Source of the DNA: an uncultured Anaerolineaceae bacterium
Lineage (GTDB): Bacteria; Chloroflexota; Anaerolineae; Anaerolineales; E44-bin32
Assembly (NCBI GenBank): GCA_964492745.1
Contig: CAZBLT010000007.1
Coordinates: 20,660-84,659, forward strand
Length of the DNA: 64,000 bases
Direction: 5' to 3'
Shown here: piece after piece, positions 47,741 through 57,730 of the stretch
Position numbering within the stretch: position 1 is the first letter of the stretch
How the letters are laid out: each line of letters begins with the position of its first letter
Translations under genes and position numbers: made by a program
The notes under the pieces: generated by a model
What the model saw: only the letters and a program-made list of their open reading frames with translations
The model's database searches: none
What the model was told of the DNA's origin: nothing

Positions 47741-48874
47741 TCAGAGCGGCCGCAGGACGCGGTCCGCGCGGAGTTGCTTGAACCATAGCGAGGCGCCGCG
47801 AGGCATGGACTCGAGGGCGGCCTCCTGCCAGGCGCGCACGCCCAGGCCCTGGACAGTCTGCGGACGGTATCCGACGGCGCGCCAGGCGCCGACATGCTGC
47901 GCTAAGTAGGGAGGCAAGAAGAGCAGCGAGGCCTCGGACTGGAGCTCGGTGGAGGCCGTCTCGACCTCCTCCATGAGGGCCGGGATGGCTTCGTCCAGGG
48001 CGAGGCCGGAGATGAAATAGAGCTCGTCGATGCGGGTGACCAGGTTCTCGACCTGCCAGCCGGCGATGCCTGCGATTTCTCCATCACGTAGAAGCAGGAG
48101 GAAGGCTTTCTCTCCAAACGCCGCCATCACATCCTGGCGGGTCATGCGCTTCTTGCCATGGGTCACACGGGTGATAAAGCGGGCGATTTCGTCCGCATCC
48201 TGTGGGCGGCCGCGCCGCACGATCAACTGACCCGGCTTGGCCTCGGGTGGCTCGGGCAATAAGGGCTCTTCAGGCTGGGGCAGTTCAGCCCAGGCGGCCT
48301 GTACCTGATCCCAGGTGTTTTCGAATGAGCCATTGTTGCGGATGACAACCTTGGCGGCACGGAGCTTCAGGGCCTGGGGTGCCTGCGCGGCGATGCGCTG
48401 GCGTGCCGCCGCTTCCGACATCTTGCGCTTGTGCATCAAGCGGGCGACCTGAAGCTCGGCGGGCGCGTCGACAACCCAGATGGTGTCACAGCCGGCTACA
48501 AGTTCCGACTCGAGCAGCTTGATCGCCTCGATGACGACGATGCTTTGTTTGGCGCGACGGATGAGCAAGTCCACGGCGTGCGCCACGAGCGGGTGCACGA
48601 TCGATTCGAGGCGCTCGAGCGCCTTTGGATCCGAGAAGGCGATCTTAGCCAGTTTCTGGCGGTCGATCTGCTCGTCATCGTCGAGGATCCATTCGCCGAA
48701 GGTTTTCAATATCAGGGGGTAGCCGGGGGCGCCCTTAGCCATAGCGCGATGTGCGAGAGCGTCGGCGTCGATGCCATAGGCACCCAAATGCTCAAGCATC
48801 TTGCGCACCACGCTTTTCCCGGTGGCGATATTGCCTGTGAGACCTATGACGTATTTACCTGGCCAACGGCTCAA
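47741..48874 (-). CDS. coaE: Dephospho-CoA kinase with extra C-terminal GNAT-like domain
   Basis: IGLTGNIATGKS, IDAD, IVHP, then a PEEPLLPEPP linker and a ~160-aa acetyltransferase-like domain. Confidence 0.9.
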   Translation of the reverse strand: MSRWPGKYVIGLTGNIATGKSVVRKMLEHLGAYGIDADALAHRAMAKGAPGYPLILKTFGEWILDDDEQIDRQKLAKIAFSDPKALERLESIVHPLVAHAVDLLIRRAKQSIVVIEAIKLLESELVAGCDTIWVVDAPAELQVARLMHKRKMSEAAARQRIAAQAPQALKLRAAKVVIRNNGSFENTWDQVQAAWAELPQPEEPLLPEPPEAKPGQLIVRRGRPQDADEIARFITRVTHGKKRMTRQDVMAAFGEKAFLLLLRDGEIAGIAGWQVENLVTRIDELYFISGLALDEAIPALMEEVETASTELQSEASLLFLPPYLAQHVGAWRAVGYRPQTVQGLGVRAWQEAALESMPRGASLWFKQLRADRVLRPL

Positions 48875-48946
48875 TGCGAATTTCTCCTTGGGCTCCCCGC
48901 GCGTCTGATTCTAGCCCCGGGGAGGGGGATTGTCAAAAGCTTCCGC

Positions 48947-51025
48947 CTAGCGGGGCCGGGCATGGTAGACATACGAGCCCGCGGCGAGGTAGAGATCATT
49001 AGGAGGACCGAGCGTCATGGCGGTCACTTCGGTCGGGAATGGTTCCCTGGGAAGATACTGGGCTTGATAGACAAGGCGCATGCTGTAATGGAAGACGCTG
49101 TTGCTGAGTACATCCAGGAAGAAGAGAGAAGGTTCAGGGGGCGGGGAGTAGGTCATCTCGGCCGCCACTGCGCCCGGGATCTGGGAGGAGGGCTCATGCC
49201 CCGGGCGATCATCCTGGAAGCGTGGGTCGGGATCGCACTCCACTCGGATGCGCCCTCCCCCCTCGGCGCTGCCGTCTGCAATCCGTCGGCAGCGGTCGAG
49301 GCGTCCATCGGCATAGAGGATAACCAATTCGTCCTGAGCCAGGGCGAGATCAGTAGCACCCTTCAGGCTCCGCACCTCCTCCACGAAGAACAACTCGGGA
49401 GTGCCGCTAAAGAAACCGCCGGAGGCGCGGTAGATCCATACCGCATTGGTCATGGGGTCGAGAACGAAGAGGTCATCCCCGTAGACGTCGATGGCCTGGA
49501 TGCGCCCCCAGCCCACATCCGGCGGGGACAGTTGGGCGAGGGCCGGCTCGCGATCGGGGGCGCAATAGAGCAAGGTGCCATCCGCATCGATGGCTACCAC
49601 GCCCTCCGCGCCCAGTGCTCCCGGCTCCTCCTGAATGACGAGATCGACGGGAGTGCCCATTTGATCAAATCGTTCCCCGCTTCCCAGGCAGGCAAAGGTG
49701 GCGTCGATCTCGAATCCCCGCTCCGGCGCGCCCCATGCATGGCGGATGATTTGATTGCGGGCGTCCAGGACATAGACATCCGTGGCCGAGGCCGCCAGCG
49801 CGGTGATCTCGGCGTCGCTCCCGAACCCCCCGCTCACGATGGGCCGGAAATCCAAGCGCACCACCCGGTTCAGTGCGTCCAGCGCGGATTGGATTTGCGC
49901 GCGCAGCGCCTGCGAGTCTTCGCTTGTTTGGTACGATTCGGCCTGATCGATCAATCGCAAAGCGGCTTCCCAATCAGTGCGTGCATCCTCGGCTGATGGC
50001 CGGGTCTGTGCCATAGCAACCGCCTGGAAGGCCTGATCGAAGAAGGCCTGGTATTGCTCCCGCCGTCCCTTCTGGAAATAGACAAGGGCCGCGAGCGAGA
50101 CGACGATGATTGGCACGACCAGCGCAGTCAGCGCAAGCATGCGCTGAGAAAGCGCATCCGGCCGGAGAGGTTCTTGCCACCCGGGAGCAAGCCGTGCGAG
50201 CATCGTGGAGAGCCCGCGCAGGGTCTGATAGCCGGCGCGACCTGCGAGGGTTTTCACGCGGACGAGCAGCTCCTGCCCCAGCGGAGGCGTGCGCCTGCTC
50301 GGCGAGGGTCCTGCGGGTTTCTGCGCCTGGACGGCTGCGGAAAAAGTGGGCTGTAGCCCGGCCGACCCAGCGGGAACCAGGCGCGCCATCAATCCGGTTA
50401 TGTCCTGATCGCAGGCAGCCACCAGCCGCTCCATGGCTTGATCCAGATCTAGTGTGGCCAAGCCGGAGAGTGTCGCTTCCGACCAGACCTCATTCTCGGC
50501 CGTGGTCAGGATCAGGAGGTCATTGGGCCGGACTTCCACATGATGGTAGCGCACATGCGGAGTGAGGCTCAAACCGAGAGGCTTTTCGGCGGCCTCCCCT
50601 GAGCGCAGGCGCACGACGCTTCCCGGCCGGACGAGAATGGCCTGCCCCGAGCCGCACTGGGCCAGGTAGAGATCGTTGCCGCGTAGGACTGCGCCGATCC
50701 AATGGCCTTCGTGGCGGGAGCCGCTTCGGTTGGCGTCCACCAGTTGGTCATTGACAATGGCCGCCGCCTCGCGCAGCGCTGAGGTGACCGAGCCCGGTGT
50801 GCCGAAGAAGACCTCAGCTGCAAGCCCTGCCAGGTGGTCGAGATGGCTGGGCGCGGCGGGGCGCGCGGCCCGGATGGCGAGCGATAGCAGCAGTGCATCC
50901 TCGCCCCGCCCGCGGGCGCACCGCCTGGGTGCAAGCTGGGCGAGCGTGCCGGGAGGTGGTGCTATGCGTGCGGCCCCGCCGACTACATGAAGCAGGGCCA
51001 GGTCGGCTTCCAGCGATTGGGTCAT
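48947..51025 (-). CDS. Bitopic protein: degenerate PP2C-like N-terminal domain, TM helix, NHL-like beta-propeller
   Basis: AVLRGNDLYLAQCG...PLG...DLLILTT (PP2C-like strands lacking DG motifs); TM helix; YVLD/FVLDP..NAVWIY propeller blades. TACAAT lies 7 nt before ATG 51025. Confidence 0.65.
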   Translation of the reverse strand: MTQSLEADLALLHVVGGAARIAPPPGTLAQLAPRRCARGRGEDALLLSLAIRAARPAAPSHLDHLAGLAAEVFFGTPGSVTSALREAAAIVNDQLVDANRSGSRHEGHWIGAVLRGNDLYLAQCGSGQAILVRPGSVVRLRSGEAAEKPLGLSLTPHVRYHHVEVRPNDLLILTTAENEVWSEATLSGLATLDLDQAMERLVAACDQDITGLMARLVPAGSAGLQPTFSAAVQAQKPAGPSPSRRTPPLGQELLVRVKTLAGRAGYQTLRGLSTMLARLAPGWQEPLRPDALSQRMLALTALVVPIIVVSLAALVYFQKGRREQYQAFFDQAFQAVAMAQTRPSAEDARTDWEAALRLIDQAESYQTSEDSQALRAQIQSALDALNRVVRLDFRPIVSGGFGSDAEITALAASATDVYVLDARNQIIRHAWGAPERGFEIDATFACLGSGERFDQMGTPVDLVIQEEPGALGAEGVVAIDADGTLLYCAPDREPALAQLSPPDVGWGRIQAIDVYGDDLFVLDPMTNAVWIYRASGGFFSGTPELFFVEEVRSLKGATDLALAQDELVILYADGRLDRCRRIADGSAEGGGRIRVECDPDPRFQDDRPGHEPSSQIPGAVAAEMTYSPPPEPSLFFLDVLSNSVFHYSMRLVYQAQYLPREPFPTEVTAMTLGPPNDLYLAAGSYVYHARPR

Positions 51026-51121
51026 GGCGAGTATTGTACAGAAACGACCGGGCGGCTGCAATGAATGATGCAAGAACCAAGCCGCCCTTGGTAGAATTCG
51101 GACACTTCGTGGAGGGCAAAG

Positions 51122-52159
51122 ATGACCTCGCAATGGAAGCTATCGTTCAGCCACACGCTCGAAGACATGGAGAGGCTGGAACCGGAGTGGCGGGAGTTGC
51201 TCTCCCGTTCGGCAACCCGGACGCCATTCCAGCGGCACAGCTATGCGCGAGTGTGGTGGTCGACGCTGGGAGGAGGCGAGTGGCCACAGGGCGAATTGTG
51301 GCTCGCGACGGCACGCGATTCATCCGGAAAGCTGCGGGGCATCGCGCCGCTCTTCTTTGCTGAGAACAAGCTGGGCAGGCCCGCTCTGCTGCTGCTCGGG
51401 AGCGTCGAGATATCGGACTATCTCGACTTCATAGTCTCGGAAGAGGACAGCGGGGCTTTCGCGACAACGCTGCTCGAGGGGCTCGATGCGCGGGGACCCC
51501 AGGGATGGGAATTGCTGGAGCTCCATAACCTGCCGGAAACCTCACCGACGAAACAAGCCTTGCAGACTGCGGCCGATGGGCTCGGCTGGTCGTTGGTGAC
51601 GGAGCGCCAGGACGTGTGCCCGGTGTTGCAACTTGGGTCAAGCTGGGAGGAATACCTGGAGGACCTCGATAGCAAGCAGCGACATGAGCTTCGCCGCAAG
51701 CTGCGCAGAGCCGCAAAATATCCAGCCAATGTGACCTGGCGGCTCACCGGCCCTGAGCATGACCTTCATGCGGATGTAGATGCCTTCCTCTCCCTGATGG
51801 CGCATGATCCAAAGAAACGCGTCTTCCTCACGCCTGCCATGCGGGAGCAGTTTCATCGGCTGGCGGAAGTTGCCTGTGTGGAAGGCTGGCTGCAAATGGC
51901 CTTCCTGGAGGTCTCTGGCCAGCCTGCGTTCGGATATATGAACTTCGATGATTCCAACCGGTTATGGATCTACAACTCGGGCATCGATCCCCGCCACCTG
52001 AAGCTCTCGCCTGGCTGGGTCCTGATGGGCCACCTGATTCAATGGGCCATCGATCATGGGCGGGAGGCCATTGATTTCCTGCGCGGGGATGAGACCTACA
52101 AATACCGGCTTGGTGGTGTGGACCGCTACGCTATGCATCTCGCGGTCGAGCGCCGGTGA
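51122..52159 (+). CDS. GNAT family N-acetyltransferase (CelD/BcsL-like)
   Basis: TPFQ...W, SDYLDFI, YNSGID...SPG, DFLRGDETYKYRLG. Confidence 0.9.
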   Translation: MTSQWKLSFSHTLEDMERLEPEWRELLSRSATRTPFQRHSYARVWWSTLGGGEWPQGELWLATARDSSGKLRGIAPLFFAENKLGRPALLLLGSVEISDYLDFIVSEEDSGAFATTLLEGLDARGPQGWELLELHNLPETSPTKQALQTAADGLGWSLVTERQDVCPVLQLGSSWEEYLEDLDSKQRHELRRKLRRAAKYPANVTWRLTGPEHDLHADVDAFLSLMAHDPKKRVFLTPAMREQFHRLAEVACVEGWLQMAFLEVSGQPAFGYMNFDDSNRLWIYNSGIDPRHLKLSPGWVLMGHLIQWAIDHGREAIDFLRGDETYKYRLGGVDRYAMHLAVERR

Positions 52160-52207
52160 TATCCTGTCCATAGGCCGCCCGGATCGCAAGAAAGCGCACG
52201 GCTTGAG

Positions 52208-53143
52208 TCACCAAGGCCAGAGCCCCGTAATACTGCCGATCAGGAAGGCGGCCAGCGCCATTAGGGCCAGCGCCACTGCGCTAATCACGGTTGTCAGAAC
52301 CCAGCTTGCCCGGGAGCGCGTTTCGGGTGTTTCCGGAGGGAAGTTCGGGGCGGCGATGATCAAGGTGATGTTGTCCTCGCCCCCGCGCTCAAGAGCCAAA
52401 TTAAGGAGGGCGTCGGCGGCTTGCTCTGGACTCTTGGTGGCCAGGGCGCGGTAGATTTCCAAATCCTCCACCATATCGGTCAGCCCATCGCTGCAGAGAA
52501 GCAATCGATCCCCAGCTTTCAGGCGCAGCCCTTGGTTGGCAACCGCCTTGGCGTCGGTTTCACCGTCGCGCAAATGAAGCCGAAGGTCGGGTTCGTGCAG
52601 GTGGTTGCCCCCTATGTGTCTCCTGAGCACATGCGATTGTGGATGCCCTCGGGCCTCCTCCTGGGTGATGATGTTGTAGTGGATGGCTTCCTGGACCCAG
52701 GTGTGGTCGATGGTGACCTGTCGCAGGCGGCCGTCTCGAAGCAGATAGATGCGGCTGTCCCCGACATTGGCCACGTAGAGCCGGTTTCCCAAGATAAGAG
52801 CAGCGGCGAGCGTGGATCCCATGCCCTCGCGTTCGGGAGACTCCCTGGCTGCCTGCGAAACCTGCCGGCTCGCTTCCAGGATGGCATCGTGCAAGAGTGG
52901 GAGCGGATCGCCACCCCGGAAAGCCAGCATCTGGGAGAGGATCACTTCGACAGTCATCTTGGAGGCGATCTCGCCAGCCAAATGCCCGCCAATGCCATCG
53001 GCCACCAGCGCGAGGAGCACCGGAGTTCCGTCTCCTTCGAGGCGGTAGCTCTGGGCGGCAAAGAAATCCTCATTCTTCGGCCGGCGGTTGCCGGGGTGGG
53101 TGCGGGTAGCGAGCGTCAGGTGAGTGTTGGGAGCGGGGATCAC
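52208..53143 (-). CDS. PP2C-family Ser/Thr protein phosphatase with C-terminal TM helix
   Basis: R..NED, VADGIGG, NVGDSRIY, DHT, LLCSDGL, GGEDNIT. Confidence 0.95.
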   Translation of the reverse strand: MIPAPNTHLTLATRTHPGNRRPKNEDFFAAQSYRLEGDGTPVLLALVADGIGGHLAGEIASKMTVEVILSQMLAFRGGDPLPLLHDAILEASRQVSQAARESPEREGMGSTLAAALILGNRLYVANVGDSRIYLLRDGRLRQVTIDHTWVQEAIHYNIITQEEARGHPQSHVLRRHIGGNHLHEPDLRLHLRDGETDAKAVANQGLRLKAGDRLLLCSDGLTDMVEDLEIYRALATKSPEQAADALLNLALERGGEDNITLIIAAPNFPPETPETRSRASWVLTTVISAVALALMALAAFLIGSITGLWPW

Positions 53144-53155
53144 GCGCAGCTCTCC

Positions 53156-55012
53156 TCAGATCTTGGCGGGCGGGTCCCGGTCGTCTTCAAGGGACTCGAT
53201 CAAAATCCGGCGCGGTTCCGGCGGGTTTTCAAATTCAAATCGCAGGCAGACATCCCCCAGGTGGATTTGATCACCATGCCGCAGGCGAACACCACTCTCG
53301 GGAACCTGCTCGAAATTGACCCAGGTACCCGCCAAAGATCCCTGATCTTGCAATAAGTATCCGCCATCCGCAAGCCGTATCAGGCGGGCGTGCATACGGT
53401 CCACAGAAGGATGGTTCAAGGGAACGGCGGCCAGGGAGGGATCACGGCCCAGGATGACATCCTTGCCAATGAGTGGGATGTCCTCCGGTTCCAGTCCGGG
53501 CGAGACCGGGCGTAGGTGGGCTTCGGCAGGTTCATCTGGAAGCTCGCGATGGAGCGTAGCGGCGCGCGGCGCGCGGGGGCTGGACGATTCCTGTGGGGGC
53601 CCGGCGGGCCGGGCAACTCGCGGGCCCATGGTAAGCAGCCGCACCGCCAGGCCGGCCCCGGCCAGCAGGATTGCGATGGCGGCCAGGAAGTACAGCAGGC
53701 CGGGCCGGATGGCCGCCAGACCTTGCGGCGGAGCCTGCACTTCGACCCGCACGGTGGCCACGCTTGAGAGCGCTTCCATGCCGATCGAATCCACGACCCG
53801 GACTTGCAGGCGGTGTTCGCCGGTTTCGACCACCTCCCCCAGATCCCATGTGAGAACATCAAAAGGTGGTTGCTCTTGTTCGGACACGACCTGGCCGTCG
53901 ACTCGCAGCTCGCTGAGCGCCAGAGGGCGTGCATACCCGTCCGGAAAGTTGGCCAGGAACGTAATCTCGACCGACTTGGGCGGCAGTTCGGCCAGGGGCA
54001 GGGTGGGGTCGTCCGATGCCCGCCGGATTGCGCTCGGAGGATCGATCAGCAGGATCTCCGGCGGGCGCAGATCCACGCTGAAGCTGCGCACCGGCGCGGC
54101 CACTTCGACGCCGTCCACATTCACCTCAAGCCGTATCTGGTGCGGTCCGGGGTTGGTCACGCGGGACGTGTAGGTCAGCTCGTACTGGTGAGCCTGATCG
54201 GCGATCAGATTTGCGAGATCGGTAAGGCCAGCCTCTGGGTCCAGCAACACGAGCCGGCCTCCGGTTTCCTCGGCCAGCCGGTTCAGGGGTTCGGCCTCGG
54301 GCAACTCAAGATCCTCGGGGTCGGCCAAAAGAACCGGGAAAATGGTCGTATCCGAAGAACGGGCGCGAGAAATGATGTTCTCGAGCGGCAGATCGCGTGG
54401 GGGCCGGGGCAGGGCCGTCAGCAGGATCAGGAAAGAACGCATCCCAGGCTGCGGCGCGGGCTCGGTGAGCAGGTCGAAAGCCTGGAAGGCAAGTTCGTAC
54501 GCGGTGTCGGCATCCTCGAAGCGGGGCTGATGATGGTCGAGCGAGGCCGCCAGGTTGGCTGAGGAGGGCGTGTGGGCGAGCAGAAGATCCTCGGGCGTGA
54601 TAAGGCTGAAATCGTGCGCTCCGAGGGTGGTAAATTGCGGCTGGCTCCACCATTCAAGCAGGGCTTGGCGGGCGAGGTCGTAGCGCGAGCGGCCCAGCGC
54701 ATCTCGAATTCGCAGCCCCAAGTTGGTGTTGATGGCGAAGACCAGGCGGGTTCCTACGGTGACTTCACGAAGGGAGAGGTCGAACGCCAGGTCTTCATTC
54801 TCGAAAAGGATGAAGCTAGAGGAGGGCAGATTGGGCAGGCGCCTGCCTGTGGCATCGGAGACCTGAACGCGCAGCCTCACCCGCGGAAAAGAATCGAGCA
54901 GGGGCTCCGATATGCGCACCTCGATGGCCTCGCCCTGGGCCATGGCAAGCGGGGCGAGGATCGCGGCGGCGATCTGCCATGCCAGGAGCAAGAGGAGAGC
55001 CGTCCTGCGCAT
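53156..55012 (-). CDS. Signal peptide-VWA-Ig-like-TM-FHA protein
   Basis: Signal peptide; VWA-like region (LAEETGG); Ig-like domain; TM helix; FHA motifs LGRDP, SVDRMHARL, GS..GTWVN, LRHGDQI. Confidence 0.8.
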   Translation of the reverse strand: MRRTALLLLLAWQIAAAILAPLAMAQGEAIEVRISEPLLDSFPRVRLRVQVSDATGRRLPNLPSSSFILFENEDLAFDLSLREVTVGTRLVFAINTNLGLRIRDALGRSRYDLARQALLEWWSQPQFTTLGAHDFSLITPEDLLLAHTPSSANLAASLDHHQPRFEDADTAYELAFQAFDLLTEPAPQPGMRSFLILLTALPRPPRDLPLENIISRARSSDTTIFPVLLADPEDLELPEAEPLNRLAEETGGRLVLLDPEAGLTDLANLIADQAHQYELTYTSRVTNPGPHQIRLEVNVDGVEVAAPVRSFSVDLRPPEILLIDPPSAIRRASDDPTLPLAELPPKSVEITFLANFPDGYARPLALSELRVDGQVVSEQEQPPFDVLTWDLGEVVETGEHRLQVRVVDSIGMEALSSVATVRVEVQAPPQGLAAIRPGLLYFLAAIAILLAGAGLAVRLLTMGPRVARPAGPPQESSSPRAPRAATLHRELPDEPAEAHLRPVSPGLEPEDIPLIGKDVILGRDPSLAAVPLNHPSVDRMHARLIRLADGGYLLQDQGSLAGTWVNFEQVPESGVRLRHGDQIHLGDVCLRFEFENPPEPRRILIESLEDDRDPPAKI

Positions 55013-55364
55013 GCGGTCATTGTAGCACGTCGCTTGGCCTGGGTGCCGGTTCTTGGCGGGCTTTCAGCCGGGGCTCTTGGCGGACCATCCGCGCCGGTAT
55101 GAAGAATCACTCGGTTGTGGGAGCCGGTGACTGCTTCATTGCGTGCTGGCTGAGGGTCGCGTGCGTAGCGGGAATCCTTGCTAAGAGGCAAGAGTGGTGC
55201 GGAGAAGTCAGTCCGCCCAGCCTGCCAGGGCGGGGTTCATGGGAGTGCCGGCGGTCGAAATCTGCTCGCTCCTGGCGGCTGTTCGCGGCCCGATTAGATC
55301 TTTGGCGCCGCACTTGGAGTTGTACACCTGCCTCCAGCAGAAGGGCATGCCGGGTCGCGAGTTC

Positions 55365-56924
55365 CTATTCCCATTCGATAGTGCCAGGCGGCTTGCTGGT
55401 GATGTCGTAGACCACGCGGTTGACCCCGGCGACCTCGTTGACGATTCGCGAGCTGGCGCGTGCCAGCAAATCTGCGGGCAGGCGGGCCCAGTCGGCCGTC
55501 ATGTAATCCTCGCTTGTCACGGCCCGCAGGACGATCGTCTCCTCGTAGGTGCGCTGGTCTCCCATCACCCCCACCGAGCGAACCGGAAGCAGGACCGCGA
55601 AGGCTTGCGCGAGCGGGGGCGCGGCGCCGGCCGGGCCGGAGGAAGAGCCGAGCAGCCCTGCGGATTCCAATTCCTCAAGCCAGATGCGGTCGGCGGCCCG
55701 CAACCGTTCCAGGCGCTCGAAATGGACCTCGCCAAGACAGCGAACCGCGAGGCCGGGGCCAGGAAAGGGTTGGCGCATGACCAACTCCTCAGGGAGCCCG
55801 AGCGCCAGCCCTACGGCGCGCACCTCGTCCTTGAAAAGGTAGCGTAGGGGCTCGACCAGCGAGAGCTCCATGCGTTCCGGCAGCCCGCCGACGTTATGGT
55901 GGGTCTTGATGCGGGCCGCGAGGTTGCGATCGGGCGCGCTGGATTCGACTACGTCGGGATAGATCGTGCCCTGCACCAGAAAGTCGATCTCGCCCAGCGA
56001 AGCGGCGTGCTCTTCAAAGATACGGATGAAGGTCTCGCCAATGCGGCGCCGTTTGGCCTCGGGGTCGCGGATTCCCTGCAGTGCCTCAAGGAAGCGTTCA
56101 GAAGCATCCACGGCCAGGAAGGGGGCTTGCAGGAGGTCTTGGAATGTGCGCGCCACCTGCTCGGGCTCGTCGGCGCGCATCAGCCCATTGTTGATGAAGA
56201 TGCACTGAAGCCGGTCCTCGAGGGCGCGGTGCACCAACGCGGCCGCGACGGTGGAATCGACCCCTCCGCTGACGGCAGCCAACGCCCGCCCGTGGCCGAC
56301 CTGCTCGCGCACGCGCTCGATCGACTGCTGGATCATCGAATCGGGCCGCCATTCGGGCCGGGCACCGCAAACATCGACGGCGAAGGCACGCAGGATCTCC
56401 GCGCCGCGTGGCGTATGGACGACCTCAGGATGGAATTGGAGCCCGTACCAACGCCGTTGGGCATCGACCATGGCTGCGATGGGCGAATGATCCGAGCGGG
56501 CGAGTGCGGTGAATCCCGGCGGCAGCCGCTCGATGCGGTCTCCGTGGGACATCCAGACCTGCAGCCGCGATTCTGGGAACAGGGGATCCTGCCCTAAGGC
56601 TTCCACCCAGGCCGGGCCGTATTCGCGCACGCTGGAGGGGGCCACCTGCCCGCCCAAGGCATGCGTAAGAGCTTGCATGCCGTAGCAGATCCCGAGGATG
56701 GGCTTGCCGCTCGCGAGCACCCAGGCAGGGACCTGCGGCGCGCCGGGCTCGTAGACCGAAGCAGGGCCGCCAGAGAGGACAAAACCCTTGGGCGAGGAGG
56801 CAGCCACCTCACCCGGTTCAGCGAAGTATGGGAAAAGCTCAGAGTAGACCTGCGCCTCCCGGATGCGGCGTGTAATGAGCTGGGAGTATTGCGACCCGAA
56901 ATCCAGGACGGCGATCGAATCCAT
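55365..56924 (-). CDS. guaA: GMP synthase (glutamine-hydrolysing)
   Basis: [44 protein letters not shown]. Confidence 0.99.
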   Translation of the reverse strand: MDSIAVLDFGSQYSQLITRRIREAQVYSELFPYFAEPGEVAASSPKGFVLSGGPASVYEPGAPQVPAWVLASGKPILGICYGMQALTHALGGQVAPSSVREYGPAWVEALGQDPLFPESRLQVWMSHGDRIERLPPGFTALARSDHSPIAAMVDAQRRWYGLQFHPEVVHTPRGAEILRAFAVDVCGARPEWRPDSMIQQSIERVREQVGHGRALAAVSGGVDSTVAAALVHRALEDRLQCIFINNGLMRADEPEQVARTFQDLLQAPFLAVDASERFLEALQGIRDPEAKRRRIGETFIRIFEEHAASLGEIDFLVQGTIYPDVVESSAPDRNLAARIKTHHNVGGLPERMELSLVEPLRYLFKDEVRAVGLALGLPEELVMRQPFPGPGLAVRCLGEVHFERLERLRAADRIWLEELESAGLLGSSSGPAGAAPPLAQAFAVLLPVRSVGVMGDQRTYEETIVLRAVTSEDYMTADWARLPADLLARASSRIVNEVAGVNRVVYDITSKPPGTIEWE

Positions 56925-56930
56925 CGTCCG

Positions 56931-57503
56931 CTAATCCGCAAATTGGATGGTGTCGCCTTCCATGGCGGCGATTACGGCCAGAGATTCGATTGGGATGCCC
57001 AGATGGGCGAGTGCCTCGCGGCCGCCTTCGAAGCGCTTCTCGATCAGCGCGCCGACGCCGACCACCATCGCGCCGGCGGCCTGCGCCAGCCGGACCAAAC
57101 CCAGAATGGTTTGCCCGGTGGCGAGGAAATCATCGATGATGAGAATGCGTTCGCCGGTGGCCAGGTATTCGGGCGAGACAATCAGTTCGACCGTGCGGCC
57201 TTTCGTGTGGGAGGGCGTGAGCGTGAGGTAAACCTGGTCGGGCATGGTGATGGGCTTGTGCTTGCGTGCATAGACAACCGGCAATCCCAAATGCTTTCCC
57301 GTGGTCAACGCAGGGGCGATGCCCGAGATCTCCGCCGTGAGCACCTTGGTGGCCCCAACCGTGCGAAACCGGTTGGCCAACGCCAGCCCGCAGGCCTCCA
57401 TGAGTTCAGGGTCAACCTGATGGTTGATGAACCCATCCACTTTAAGGATGCCTCCGCCCAGGTTCTGCCCATCGGCCAGAATGCGTGCCTTCAGTGCTTC
57501 CAT
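56931..57503 (-). CDS. xpt: Xanthine phosphoribosyltransferase
   Basis: LKVDGFINHQVDP, IIDDFLATG, IEKRFEGGR. Confidence 0.95.
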   Translation of the reverse strand: MEALKARILADGQNLGGGILKVDGFINHQVDPELMEACGLALANRFRTVGATKVLTAEISGIAPALTTGKHLGLPVVYARKHKPITMPDQVYLTLTPSHTKGRTVELIVSPEYLATGERILIIDDFLATGQTILGLVRLAQAAGAMVVGVGALIEKRFEGGREALAHLGIPIESLAVIAAMEGDTIQFAD

Positions 57504-57642
57504 ATGCTGTCCTTTGCATCAATGAGGATTGCGCGCTGATTGTACATGCACCTTCCAGGCTTGCCAATTTCTAGGCCATCGAATCCGCCCCCAGTTCAGC
57601 CAGGGAATGACCGGGGGCTCTTTTGGGGCCGTGCAGTCGGAC

Positions 57643-57685
57643 TTGACATAGAACGGATGTTCCGATAGAATACGAACAAGTGTGC
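57643..57685 (+). promoter_or_regulatory. lexA promoter with two LexA (SOS) boxes
   Basis: TTGACA (57643-48), 17 nt spacer, TAGAAT (57666-71). Perfect GAAC-GGAT-GTTC in the spacer (57651-62) and GAAC-AAGT-GTGC with 1 mismatch at 57674-85. Confidence 0.92.
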
Positions 57686-57730
57686 GCCCGCGCCGGGCAG
57701 GGTCGAGTGCCCCGCCCCCAGGAGGCGAAT

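Noticed and set aside
48431-49996. Long antisense ORFs (521 aa here; also 23996-25327, 42032-43300, 27147-28442)
   Set aside because: They lie opposite well-supported genes and carry no recognisable motifs. Expected from GC-rich codon bias.
55013-55364. 350-bp intergenic gap with an imperfect hairpin (ATGAAG...CTTCAT, about 55099-55139)
   Set aside because: One imperfect stem only, with no promoter-terminator framing or credible ORF. Insufficient to call an RNA.
57504-57640. Possible purine riboswitch upstream of xpt-guaA
   Set aside because: No purine aptamer consensus (AUAUGG loop, UUUCUACC, CCGUAAA). A TACAAT -10 sits only about 35 nt before the start, leaving no room.
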